Assembly (NCBI GenBank): GCA_904501715.1
Contig: CAJGCD010000001.1
Coordinates: 1-51,206, forward strand
Length of the DNA stretch: 51,206 nt
Source: an uncultured Clostridia bacterium
Lineage (GTDB): Bacteria; Bacillota; Clostridia; Oscillospirales; CAG-272
Direction: 5' to 3'
Both the position numbers and the translations under genes were made by a program. This document shows positions 28,970-37,663 of this stretch, piece by piece. Under the pieces are notes generated by a model. It saw only the letters and a program-made list of their open reading frames with translations, did no database searches and was not told the DNA's origin. Every line of letters starts with the position of its first letter. Position 1 is the stretch's first letter.

Positions 28970-28998
28970 TTGACAACTCAACCGTTTTATGATAGAAT
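28970..28998 (+). promoter_or_regulatory. Internal SigA-type promoter ahead of the tandem-domain gene, apbE and PAP2
   Basis: TTGACA (28970-28975), a 17-nt spacer, then TGATAGAAT. Confidence 0.5.
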
Positions 28999-29057
28999 AA
29001 TCCTTGCGTAGGAATGTAGAAATACGATAGATATAACATCAAGAAGGAGATTTCAAA

Positions 29058-30035
29058 ATGAAAAAAATTTCATCACTTCTTTTGGTTGTCCTAATGATAA
29101 TCTCGGTCGTTGTCAGTATATATTTCATAAAAGCAGACGGTACGTTCAAGCTCGGACTTGGAGTTTACAGCGCATATAAAAGCGCAACCGACGTTACCGA
29201 CAGCGCAAACGGCGTAGGCTCATACGTAACCACTGCCGCGGCTGTTTTGCTTGACGAGGACGGAAGAGTAATAAAGTGCGAGATCGACACCGCCGAGGTT
29301 GTGGGTGAATTTACTGCCGAAGGCAAATTCGTAAGCAAGACCGAGTTCAACACAAAGGGTGAGCTTAAGGAAAACTACGGAATGAGCAAAATAGGTAAGA
29401 CCGAGTGGTACAAGCAGGCTGACGCATTCGAAAAGCAGGTAGTCGGTAAGACCGCTAAGGATATCGCTTCTCTTATGGCAAACGACGGCAGAGGCAACGC
29501 TGATGTTATGGCAGCGGGATGCACTATCTACGTAACCGATTTTGTAAAGGCAGTTGACGCAGCTATAAGCAACGCTAAGACCTCAGAATCTACCGCCGAC
29601 GATATCCTAAGACTTGCCCTTATCACCTCTCTCAAGGGCACCGACGCAACCGATAAGGCTGCGGGCGCGCTCGAATTCGAGACTACCTTTGCGGCTGTAA
29701 CACTTGATTCCGATTCCAAGATCACCGCTTGCGCAAACGATTGTCTTGCCGTAAAATTCTCCTTTGACAAGGACGGTAAGATAAGCGGCGAGTACGTGGG
29801 TGAAGTCAAGTCCAAGGCAACACTTAAGGAGGACTACGGAATGAGCGCGGCAGGCAAGACCGAATGGTACAAGCAGGCAGCCGCGTTTGACGCAGCATGC
29901 GTAGGTAAGACCTCCGCTGAGGTTGCGGGTCTTATGGGTACTGACTACAAGGGTGTTGAAGCTGTTCAAAGCGCGGGCTGTACTATTTACGTAAGCGGAA
30001 TGGTACAGGTCATCACTAAAGCGGCAAAGCAATAA
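29058..30035 (+). CDS. Membrane-anchored extracytoplasmic protein with two tandem FMN_bind-like domains (PplA-like architecture, non-canonical motif)
   Basis: N-terminal anchor ISSLLLVVLMIISVVVSIYFI. There is an internal duplication: TKGELKENYGMSKIGKTEWYKQADAFEKQVVGKTAKDIASL...DVMAAGCTIYVTDFVKAVDAA versus SKATLKEDYGMSAAGKTEWYKQAAAFDAACVGKTSAEVAGL...AVQSAGCTIYVSGMVQVITKA. Confidence 0.6.
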   Translation: MKKISSLLLVVLMIISVVVSIYFIKADGTFKLGLGVYSAYKSATDVTDSANGVGSYVTTAAAVLLDEDGRVIKCEIDTAEVVGEFTAEGKFVSKTEFNTKGELKENYGMSKIGKTEWYKQADAFEKQVVGKTAKDIASLMANDGRGNADVMAAGCTIYVTDFVKAVDAAISNAKTSESTADDILRLALITSLKGTDATDKAAGALEFETTFAAVTLDSDSKITACANDCLAVKFSFDKDGKISGEYVGEVKSKATLKEDYGMSAAGKTEWYKQAAAFDAACVGKTSAEVAGLMGTDYKGVEAVQSAGCTIYVSGMVQVITKAAKQ

Positions 30036-30096
30036 AACAATATAAAAATAAGGGTGGGTTCCCCTCCCTTACTTTTAACATTTTCGGGGAGCAAAT

Positions 30097-31158
30097 ATGA
30101 AAAGATTTTTTTGCGCCATATTATTAGCAAGTACACTTACGTGCTGTCTATCGCTTTACTCATGTACAACTCCGAGCAAAAAATATTCGGATTATACCTT
30201 TGATTATTTCGATACGGTGACCTCGGTTACAGGATATGCCCAAAGTCAGGATGAGTTCGACCAAGCTTTTAACCGGATTTCCGATTTGCTCAAGGAATAC
30301 CATCAACTCTTCACAATATACGATAGATACGATGGAATAAATAATCTTACCACAGTAAACGAGCTTTCGGGCGGTATCCACAAGCCCGTAAAGGTTGACA
30401 GAAAAATTATCGATATGCTTCTCTTCTCCAAGGATATGTACTCAAAAACAAACGGCAGAGTAAACATAGCCATGGGAAGCGTTCTGTCTATATGGCACGA
30501 ATACCGACAGAATGGCATCGAAAACCCAAGCACGGCAAAGCTCCCGACAATGGACGAGCTTACCGAGGCGGCAAAGCATACAGATATTGAAAAGCTTATT
30601 ATAGACGAGCAGGCGTCCACAGTCTTTCTTTCCGACCCCGAGATGCTGCTTGACGTAGGAGCTATTGCCAAGGGCTATGCGGTAGAGCAGATAGCGCAGA
30701 CGCTTATACAAAGCGGTATTACGGGCTACGTCCTCAACGTAGGAGGTAACGTACGCGCCATAGGACTCCGAGGTGACAAAACACCTTGGGTAGCGGGAAT
30801 AGACGATCCCAACGGGACAGAAAGCTCGCCCTATTACGCCACCCTTGCCCTTGAGGACCGCTCACTTGTGACCAGCGGCTCCTACCAACGCTATTATACA
30901 GTGAACGGCAAGGACTATAATCATATCATAGACCCCGACACACTTATGCCCGCCGAAAGATATATCTCTGTTTCTATCCTTTGCGAGAGCTCGGCTGTTG
31001 CCGATGCCCTCTCAACCGCTCTTTTCTGTATGAGCGTGGAGGACGGGACGGCTATACTTGACAGCTTCGGTGACGTAGAGGCTATGTGGGTGTCGCCCGA
31101 CGGTGATATACAATATTCAAAAGGATTTTCAAAATATATACAAGGAGATAACACATGA
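30097..31158 (+). CDS. apbE: FAD:protein FMN transferase (ApbE family) lipoprotein
   Basis: Lipobox LSLYSC. ApbE motifs: FDYFDTVTSV, AMGSVLSIWH, DVGAIAKGYAVEQ, NVGGNVRAIG, LVTSGSYQRYY, YNHIIDPDT and ADALSTALF. Confidence 0.9.
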   Translation: MKRFFCAILLASTLTCCLSLYSCTTPSKKYSDYTFDYFDTVTSVTGYAQSQDEFDQAFNRISDLLKEYHQLFTIYDRYDGINNLTTVNELSGGIHKPVKVDRKIIDMLLFSKDMYSKTNGRVNIAMGSVLSIWHEYRQNGIENPSTAKLPTMDELTEAAKHTDIEKLIIDEQASTVFLSDPEMLLDVGAIAKGYAVEQIAQTLIQSGITGYVLNVGGNVRAIGLRGDKTPWVAGIDDPNGTESSPYYATLALEDRSLVTSGSYQRYYTVNGKDYNHIIDPDTLMPAERYISVSILCESSAVADALSTALFCMSVEDGTAILDSFGDVEAMWVSPDGDIQYSKGFSKYIQGDNT

Positions 31159-31838
31159 TAGCGGATTGGATAAATTCAACCTTTGCGTCCTTTGACTACG
31201 CTATACTTCAATTTTTTCATACTCTTGCCGAGGGCGCGGGAGCAATACTTACACCCATAGCCGAGATATTCGCTCTCATAGGAGATAATGGATATTTCAG
31301 CTTTCTTCTGGCATTCATTCTTCTCTGCTTTCCTAAGACCCGCAAATGCGGCGTATGTATGATCTTCGCCGTAGGCTTTGGGGCGCTTTTTACCAACGTA
31401 GCGATAAAAAATATAGTTGCCCGCCCACGCCCATACGCCTCGGAGATACAGGCGTTTGCCGATTGGTGGAAATACATAGGCGCACCCCTGGAAAGCGAAT
31501 TTTCCTTCCCCTCGGGTCATACCACAGCGGCAATGGCGTCTATGACGGCTCTGTGCATAGCTATGTGGAAGAGCAAAAAATGGCTCCTCGCACCTGCCGC
31601 CGCTTACGTTGTGCTTATGGCGGCATCGAGAAACTACCTTATGGTACACTACCCCACCGACGTTATAGCCGCTTTCATAGTGGGTGGCGCAGCGGCAATA
31701 CTTGCGTGTCTGGCAATAAACGCAGTATGGAAGCTTATAGAGAAGCACTCAGACAAAAAGCTCTTCAATTTCGCATTGAATTTTGACATACTGCATCTGT
31801 TGAAAAAAGAAAAAAAGACGGATGACCCCGCAGCATAA
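31155..31838 (+). CDS. PAP2-family (type 2 phosphatidic acid / lipid phosphate) phosphatase
   Basis: KNIVARPRP, SFPSGHT and SRNYLMVHYPTD are the three PAP2 motifs. It overlaps apbE with ATGA. Confidence 0.8.
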   Translation: MIADWINSTFASFDYAILQFFHTLAEGAGAILTPIAEIFALIGDNGYFSFLLAFILLCFPKTRKCGVCMIFAVGFGALFTNVAIKNIVARPRPYASEIQAFADWWKYIGAPLESEFSFPSGHTTAAMASMTALCIAMWKSKKWLLAPAAAYVVLMAASRNYLMVHYPTDVIAAFIVGGAAAILACLAINAVWKLIEKHSDKKLFNFALNFDILHLLKKEKKTDDPAA

Positions 31839-31856
31839 ATTTACTGCTTACAATAC

Positions 31857-31890
31857 AAAAAGACAGATGAGCTTCTTATCTGTCTTTTTT
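31857..31890 (+). terminator. Rho-independent terminator ending the rnf-apbE-PAP2 block
   Basis: AAAAAGACAGAT...ATCTGTCTTTTTT. Confidence 0.65.
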
Positions 31891-32086
31891 ATTATATCTT
31901 TTTCTCGGCTTCCCTCAGCTTCCTTTGTGTTTCAGACGGTAACGCTGTTGCTTCATTGTCATAATCATATCTAAGACAGAAAATCAACAAAAGTTGAAAA
32001 TTGTTCTGGTCATATTTCCTTGTTTTTTGTCGTAGGATATGATAAAATTATTGTATAGTGTAAATAACTTTTGAAAGGAAAAGACT

Positions 32087-32971
32087 ATGAATAACTACTG
32101 CATACTTTATAATCCCTTCTCAGGTAACGGTCAAGGGAAAGAGTCAGTTAAGGCTCTATGCCGAAAGATCGGTGACACCGAATGTATAGATATGACCGCG
32201 CTGGATGGATACGAGGAGTTCTTTGCATCACACCCTGATTCTCACATTATCATATGCGGCGGTGACGGCACACTCAACCGCTTTATCAATGATACCGACG
32301 GCATTGAGATAAGCAACAGCATCTCCTATTACGCCAGCGGAAGCGGAAACGATTTCCTCCGTGACATATCGGGAACAGCGGGAGAGGTGATAAACATCGA
32401 TAAATACATAAAAAATCTTCCCTCCTGCAACGTAAACGGCAAGGACTATAAGTTTATAAACGGAATAGGCTACGGCATCGACGGATACTGCTGCGAGGTA
32501 GGCGACGAGCTGCGCCGCACCTCCGACAAGCCTATAAATTACACGGGCATAGCTATCAAGGGACTTCTTTTCCACTATAAGCCCACAGCCGCTACGGTCA
32601 CCGTTGACGGCGCCCAGCATAAGTTCAAGAAGGTATGGATAGCGCCTACTATGCTCGGCAGATATTACGGCGGCGGTATGATGCCCACACCCGCGCAGGA
32701 CAGACTCAACGGCGAGGGCAGCATTTCCACAATGGTCTTCCACGGAACGGGCAAGCTTCGTACACTTATGATATTCCCCTCGCTTTTCAAGGGAGAGCAC
32801 GTGAAGCACGAAAAAGTAATCTCTATTCTATCGGGTAAGGAGATTACCGTGGAATTTGATTCTCCCAGAGCCCTCCAGGTAGACGGTGAGACCGTTCTCG
32901 ACGTAAAGAGCTATACGGTCCGCGCCTACACCGATACGCCCCTGAAAGAAAAAGAAACAGCCAACGTATAA
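32087..32971 (+). CDS. Diacylglycerol-kinase-catalytic-domain lipid kinase (YegS/BmrU-like)
   Basis: The IIICGGDGTLNRFIN nucleotide-binding motif, in a 294-aa protein. Confidence 0.7.
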   Translation: MNNYCILYNPFSGNGQGKESVKALCRKIGDTECIDMTALDGYEEFFASHPDSHIIICGGDGTLNRFINDTDGIEISNSISYYASGSGNDFLRDISGTAGEVINIDKYIKNLPSCNVNGKDYKFINGIGYGIDGYCCEVGDELRRTSDKPINYTGIAIKGLLFHYKPTAATVTVDGAQHKFKKVWIAPTMLGRYYGGGMMPTPAQDRLNGEGSISTMVFHGTGKLRTLMIFPSLFKGEHVKHEKVISILSGKEITVEFDSPRALQVDGETVLDVKSYTVRAYTDTPLKEKETANV

Positions 32972-32975
32972 TTTT

Positions 32976-33016
32976 AAAAAGGAGCTTTAGCGCAAACGCG
33001 AAAAGCTCCTTTTTTC
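32976..33016 (+). terminator. Rho-independent terminator
   Basis: AAAAAGGAGCTTT...AAAGCTCCTTTTTT. Confidence 0.7.
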
Positions 33017-33079
33017 GTGCTAATTCGTGAAGATACGGTAAACAAATTGCAAATTATACGCTATACTCCCCCGTTATCC

Positions 33080-33108
33080 TTGACAAATCTTCGTTTTTAT
33101 TATATAAT
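33080..33108 (+). promoter_or_regulatory. Consensus SigA promoter
   Basis: TTGACA (33080-33085), 17 nt, then TATAAT (33103-33108). Confidence 0.55.
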
Positions 33109-33137
33109 TTACATAGTCCCATCAAGGAGGAGCAAGT

Positions 33138-34136
33138 ATGAGAAAAATACTTATAAAAGTGCTCGCCATTTTATGTATATTAACTCTTATCCCCATATTT
33201 TCGGCGTGCAATTCAAACGAACAGCAAACAAACCCAAGCAGTGCTTCGGGATTTCATACCATTACCTTTAACACCAAGGGCGGCTCAAAGATAGCCGATA
33301 TGACAGTAAAGCATGACAGCTTTGCCAAGGCACCTACGCCTCCCACCCTTGAAAATTACGTGTTCTGCCGTTGGCAGACCAGCGAAGGACGTGCATTCTT
33401 CTTCGATATGTACACGGTGGAGGAGGATCTGAATTTAGAGGCTATCTGGATAAAGGCAGACGACCTCTTCAGCCTTGCGGCAATGCCCGACAGCAACGGA
33501 ATAATGATAACAGACATCAAGCGTCAGGAGGACTTTGACGTACTGTACGTTCCCGAAATAATAAACGGAAAGACTGTTGAAGGACTTGGTGCGGGAGCAT
33601 TTGAAAGCGTTATTCCCTCTCATGCCTCAACGATTGTTTTCCCCGACACGATAAGATACGTTGAGGAAAACGCCCTTGCCTCTATTTCCGAGGTAAATAT
33701 AGTTTTGAACGGCACAATAAGCCACATAGAGGAGGAATCCTTCTTTGGAAACGGGCTAATAACCAAGATCACCTTGGGAAAGGGTATGGCATCCATCCCC
33801 TACCGCGCGTTCAGCACCTGTGTTATGCTGAAAACGGCTAACGTACCCGAGGGTGTCACAACCATAGAAGAAAATGCCTTTGAAGCCTGCGAGCGCCTTA
33901 TTACGCTTACACTCCCCTCAACCCTGACTGCTATACAGGATTCCGCCTTCGAGGAATGCACTGCCCTTAAGACCGTATTCTTTGGCGGTACAGAAGAGCA
34001 GTTCGACAATTTAAGCATAGCCGACGGAAACGAGGCAATAGAAAACGCCACTGTATATTATTATTCAGAGGAGCAGCCCACATCGGAGGGTAACTTCTGG
34101 CATTACGACAAAAACCAAACACCTACAATATGGTAA
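33138..34136 (+). CDS. Lipoprotein with a Listeria-Bacteroides (InlB B-type) repeat and a BspA-type leucine-rich repeat domain
   Basis: Lipobox IPIFSAC. HTITFNTKGGSKIADMTV...YVFCRWQTSEG is the repeat. The LRR_5-like units include IRYVEENALASIS, IEEESFFGN, IPYRAFSTC, IEENAFEAC and IQDSAFEEC. Confidence 0.8.
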   Translation: MRKILIKVLAILCILTLIPIFSACNSNEQQTNPSSASGFHTITFNTKGGSKIADMTVKHDSFAKAPTPPTLENYVFCRWQTSEGRAFFFDMYTVEEDLNLEAIWIKADDLFSLAAMPDSNGIMITDIKRQEDFDVLYVPEIINGKTVEGLGAGAFESVIPSHASTIVFPDTIRYVEENALASISEVNIVLNGTISHIEEESFFGNGLITKITLGKGMASIPYRAFSTCVMLKTANVPEGVTTIEENAFEACERLITLTLPSTLTAIQDSAFEECTALKTVFFGGTEEQFDNLSIADGNEAIENATVYYYSEEQPTSEGNFWHYDKNQTPTIW

Positions 34137-34151
34137 TCTTAGGAGAAGATT

Positions 34152-35315
34152 TTGAAAAAAACGCAGATAGATAAAGCACAGGCGGATAAAATAGCCGCCG
34201 CAAAAAAGACCTCCATTGGCGGACAGGCTCTGCTGGAGGGTATTATGATGAGAGGTCCCAAGGTATCCGCCATGGCGGTGCGTGACCCCAAGGGCGAGAT
34301 GATAATAGAAAAATGGGATACCCAGACAAAGCCCACACCAAAAATATTCAAGCTTCCCATAATCCGCGGAGTATATGGCTTTATAAGCTCTATGAAAATA
34401 GGCTATAAGGCGCTCATGCGCTCGGCTGAGCTGGCGGGGCTTGATGAGATCGAAGAAGAGATGGCAAGAGAAAAGGCGGCAAAAAAAGCCGCTAAGAAGG
34501 CTAACAAGACAAAGGCTCAGACAGAGCCCGAGGACACCGCCACAGCAGAAGCTTCCGTCGCAACAGAGGATACCGCCGCAGCTGAGGCAGAAATCACCAC
34601 CGTGGCAGAAGAAGCTACAAAGGAAAATCACTCAACGGATAAAAAGGAATCCTCTGCTCTTGTAACGGCAGTTATGGTGATAGCGTCGGCTCTCGGTGTA
34701 GCCTTGGCGGTAGGCTTGTTTATTATGCTTCCCACCTTTCTTTACGAGCTGCTCCCCCTTCCTACCTTTGACAACAAGGCTCTGAACTCTCTTGTAAAAT
34801 CAGCCTTTGAGGGCATTTTGAAGATAGTTCTTTTGGTTGGATATATGGCACTGGTCTCGCTTATGAAGGATATAAAAAGAACATTTCAATACCACGGCGC
34901 CGAGCACAAGACTATATTCTGCTATGAGAGCGGACTGGAGCTTACAGTGGAAAACGTACGTAAGCAACGTCGCTTCCACCCCAGATGCGGAACAGCCTTC
35001 CTTATACTTATGCTTATAGTGGGAATGTTCGTTTCCTTCTTTATCGACCCAATATTCTATCTCACCATAGGAAAGCTCCCCCACGTTGCTATCCGTGCCG
35101 TGATAAAGCTGTTGACGCTTCCCATTACTATGGGCATAGGCTACGAGCTTATAAAGCTTGCGGGAAGGCACGATAACCTTTTCACCCGAATAATATCCGC
35201 CCCGGGTCTGTGGCTGCAAAGAATAACCGTTCTTGAGCCTGATGACGGAATGATAGAATGCGCTATCACCGCCTTCAAGGAAGTAATCCCCGAGGACCAA
35301 AGCGACAACTATTAA
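34152..35315 (+). CDS. DUF1385 family membrane protein with an inserted Ala/Glu/Lys/Thr-rich low-complexity segment
   Basis: TTG start with RBS AGGAGAAG. IGGQALLEGIMMRGP and YHGAEHK are DUF1385 hallmarks. A 70-aa insert or so, EEEMAREKAAKKAAKKANKTKAQTEPEDTATAEAS..., follows the N-terminal domain. Confidence 0.8.
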   Translation: MKKTQIDKAQADKIAAAKKTSIGGQALLEGIMMRGPKVSAMAVRDPKGEMIIEKWDTQTKPTPKIFKLPIIRGVYGFISSMKIGYKALMRSAELAGLDEIEEEMAREKAAKKAAKKANKTKAQTEPEDTATAEASVATEDTAAAEAEITTVAEEATKENHSTDKKESSALVTAVMVIASALGVALAVGLFIMLPTFLYELLPLPTFDNKALNSLVKSAFEGILKIVLLVGYMALVSLMKDIKRTFQYHGAEHKTIFCYESGLELTVENVRKQRRFHPRCGTAFLILMLIVGMFVSFFIDPIFYLTIGKLPHVAIRAVIKLLTLPITMGIGYELIKLAGRHDNLFTRIISAPGLWLQRITVLEPDDGMIECAITAFKEVIPEDQSDNY

Positions 35316-35316
35316 A

Positions 35317-35352
35317 TAAAAAAACATTCTGCCCACAGGGCAGAATGTTTAT
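35317..35352. terminator. Bidirectional terminator between convergent genes
   Basis: Stem AAACATTCTGCCC / GGGCAGAATGTTT with a 3-nt loop. It overlaps the ogg stop codon. Confidence 0.8.
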
Positions 35353-36263
35353 TCTTGGGTTGAACGGTAACGCTCGTAGTAAAAGAGATATTGCTGAGCT
35401 ATACCCGCGTAAGCGCCAAAGCGCTGCCACGAGAGATTTTCATCCTCATCCCCAAAATATTTGACAGCCACGCGCTTCATCCATACGTCGACGGGAAAGG
35501 CGTTATATTTTCCAAAGCCGAACAGAAGCGCGCAGGACGCAACCTTTCGCCCTATTCCTTTTACGGAGCAAAGCGCTTCGATAGCCTTTTCTATATCACT
35601 CTCTGATGTTATTTCGTCAAAAGACAGACCTCCGTCAAGTGTGCGGGATACCGCGTCATATATGTATTTCGCGCGAAAGCCGGTTTTAAGCTCAAAAAGC
35701 CCTTCAACCCCCAATGCATAGAGCGCATCCGCCTCGGGAAAGGCGCAAAGCGAGCTTTTGCTTGAGATATGCTTTCGCATCTCATTACTCACGTCAATAG
35801 GCTTACCGCACTTGGCGCACAGTGCCTCGATTATCTTCTTTATTCTGGGAATATTGTTATTCTGCGAAATTATAAAAGAAATTACGCATTCAAAGGGCTC
35901 TTGCGCTAAAATGCGTATTCCCTTTCCGTACTCCACCGCGGCTTTGAGCGCTTCATTGTCACAGCACAAAAGAATATCCGCTCCTACGGCATCATAGTCA
36001 CGCTCTATATCAAGATACCGCTTCCACAGGTGCTCGTAATCTTCAAGAGTACTTCCGTATATAAGCACTGTATCACCGTCCTGAGCAAAGGACACGAGAC
36101 GCCCGAAGGCGACCCCCGAAAACTCCTTCTCGTGCTCGCTGTTCTCCACAGCATCAAAGCGGAAGCACTGTCCGCAATCGAATATCTTACCTATGTCAAA
36201 ATTTTGAATGCCCTCTATTTTTACGCACGGGCAACCGCCGCAAAAAATTTCTGTTACCTTCAC
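35349..36263 (-). CDS. ogg: 8-oxoguanine DNA glycosylase / HhH-GPD family DNA glycosylase-lyase
   Basis: VKGIGRKVASCALLFGFGKYNAFPVDVWMKRV is a helix-hairpin-helix with the catalytic Lys and Asp spaced as in Ogg1 (GVGTKVADC...VPVDVH). Confidence 0.65.
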   Translation of the reverse strand: MKVTEIFCGGCPCVKIEGIQNFDIGKIFDCGQCFRFDAVENSEHEKEFSGVAFGRLVSFAQDGDTVLIYGSTLEDYEHLWKRYLDIERDYDAVGADILLCCDNEALKAAVEYGKGIRILAQEPFECVISFIISQNNNIPRIKKIIEALCAKCGKPIDVSNEMRKHISSKSSLCAFPEADALYALGVEGLFELKTGFRAKYIYDAVSRTLDGGLSFDEITSESDIEKAIEALCSVKGIGRKVASCALLFGFGKYNAFPVDVWMKRVAVKYFGDEDENLSWQRFGAYAGIAQQYLFYYERYRSTQE

Positions 36264-36344
36264 AACATACCTCTGAAAAAATCAATGTAACTACATTCTA
36301 TCATATATCGACAGATTTTTCAAGTAAAATCTTTGGAGAAAGCT

Positions 36345-37070
36345 ATGGAAACAATTTACACAATACCCGTCAATGAAGCCTTTGAGGCATCCGCCGAGGA
36401 TAAATCCTGCGGATGTCCCTTCTGCACGCTGTACAACCGTCTGGAGGACGACGAGCTTGAGCTGATTCTGGGCGCATCTATGATGGAGCCTGACGTAAGA
36501 ATACGCACCAACAAGGAGGGCTTTTGCAAGACTCATTACGATATGATGTTCACCAGAAAGAACCGTCTGGGTATGGCTCTGACCTTGGAAAGCCATTTGG
36601 CAGAGCTTAAAGAGGAAATAAAGGACAAGGCCTTCTCGAAGCCCGGTGAGCGTCCAATGAAGCGCATATCGGCACTGGAGGATAGCTGTTACGTCTGCCG
36701 CAGAATAGAGTTTAACTTCCAGCATATGATTGAAACCGCCGTTATCCTTTGGGAGACCGACGAGGATTTTGCGCCCAAGCTCAAGGCTCAGCCCTATTTT
36801 TGCCTTCCCCACTATCGCAGATATCTGGAATACGCCTCAAAGCGCCTTGGAAAGAAGCAATACGCCGAATTCGAGGCACAGGTGTCGAGCATAGTCAATG
36901 CATATATGGAAACACTCAACGAGGATATAAGCTGGTTCTGCAAGAAATTTGACTACCGCTACGGCGACGAGCCCTGGTATAACTCAAAGGACTCGGTAGA
37001 ACGCGCAATGAAATTCCTTCGCGGCGACCTTCATAAGCCTCCACAGAAAAGAAAACCGCTGTACAACTAA
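36345..37070 (+). CDS. DUF6062-like Cys-rich protein of unknown function
   Basis: Start METIYTIP (ATG 36345, RBS GGAGAAAG). Paired Cys/His motifs: SCGCPFCTLY, GFCKTHY, SCYVCRRIE and YFCLPHY. Confidence 0.6.
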   Translation: METIYTIPVNEAFEASAEDKSCGCPFCTLYNRLEDDELELILGASMMEPDVRIRTNKEGFCKTHYDMMFTRKNRLGMALTLESHLAELKEEIKDKAFSKPGERPMKRISALEDSCYVCRRIEFNFQHMIETAVILWETDEDFAPKLKAQPYFCLPHYRRYLEYASKRLGKKQYAEFEAQVSSIVNAYMETLNEDISWFCKKFDYRYGDEPWYNSKDSVERAMKFLRGDLHKPPQKRKPLYN

Positions 37071-37093
37071 TAAAAGCATTAAGGAACTAATTT

Positions 37094-37648
37094 ATGATAG
37101 ACTTACTTGACCTTCAAAAGCACTTTATTCTCACCCACCTCAAAGAGGGAGATATCGCCGTTGATTTTACTATGGGCAACGGTCACGACACCGAATTCCT
37201 TTCAAAGACTGTGGGAGAGAGCGGACACGTTTTTGCCTTTGATATACAGGAGCAGGCATTAGCCTCCACCTCGGAAAACCTCAAAAAGGCAGGCTGTCCA
37301 GATAACTATGCCCTTATCCTTGACTCCCACCACAACGTCAAAAAGTACGTAGACGTTCCTATTAAAGCGGGAATGTTTAACCTTGGATATCTCCCCGGAA
37401 GCGACAAAACGGTAACCACTATGCGCTCTACCACGCTCCCCGCCATAGAGGCTGCCATCTCGCTTATGGACAGAGACGCAATAATTCTTGTAGCCGTATA
37501 CCCCGGTCACGCCGAGGGTGACGCTGAGGGAAAGCTTATCTGCGAATATCTTTCCACGCTGTCCCGTTACAAGGTCTGCGCCACAAGAATAAACATTCTC
37601 AATTCTCCAACCTCTCCGTTTTTCATAATAATAGAAAATAAGCCTTAA
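37094..37648 (+). CDS. mnmM: tRNA (mnm5s2U34)-methyltransferase MnmM / YtqB-type SAM methyltransferase
   Basis: DFTMGNGHDTEFLSKTVGESGHVFAFDIQEQAL...FNLGYLPGSDK...VYPGHAEG closely parallels B. subtilis YtqB. Confidence 0.8.
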   Translation: MIDLLDLQKHFILTHLKEGDIAVDFTMGNGHDTEFLSKTVGESGHVFAFDIQEQALASTSENLKKAGCPDNYALILDSHHNVKKYVDVPIKAGMFNLGYLPGSDKTVTTMRSTTLPAIEAAISLMDRDAIILVAVYPGHAEGDAEGKLICEYLSTLSRYKVCATRINILNSPTSPFFIIIENKP

Positions 37649-37663
37649 TAAAAAGGAAAAGAT

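Noticed and set aside
28954-29038. A 10-nt inverted repeat, ATGTTATATC ... GATATAACAT, flanking the internal promoter before the tandem-domain gene.
   Set aside because: The arms are about 65 nt apart and straddle the promoter, so at most one arm would be transcribed. It is AT-rich and plausibly arose by chance. I note it but do not call it a regulatory element.
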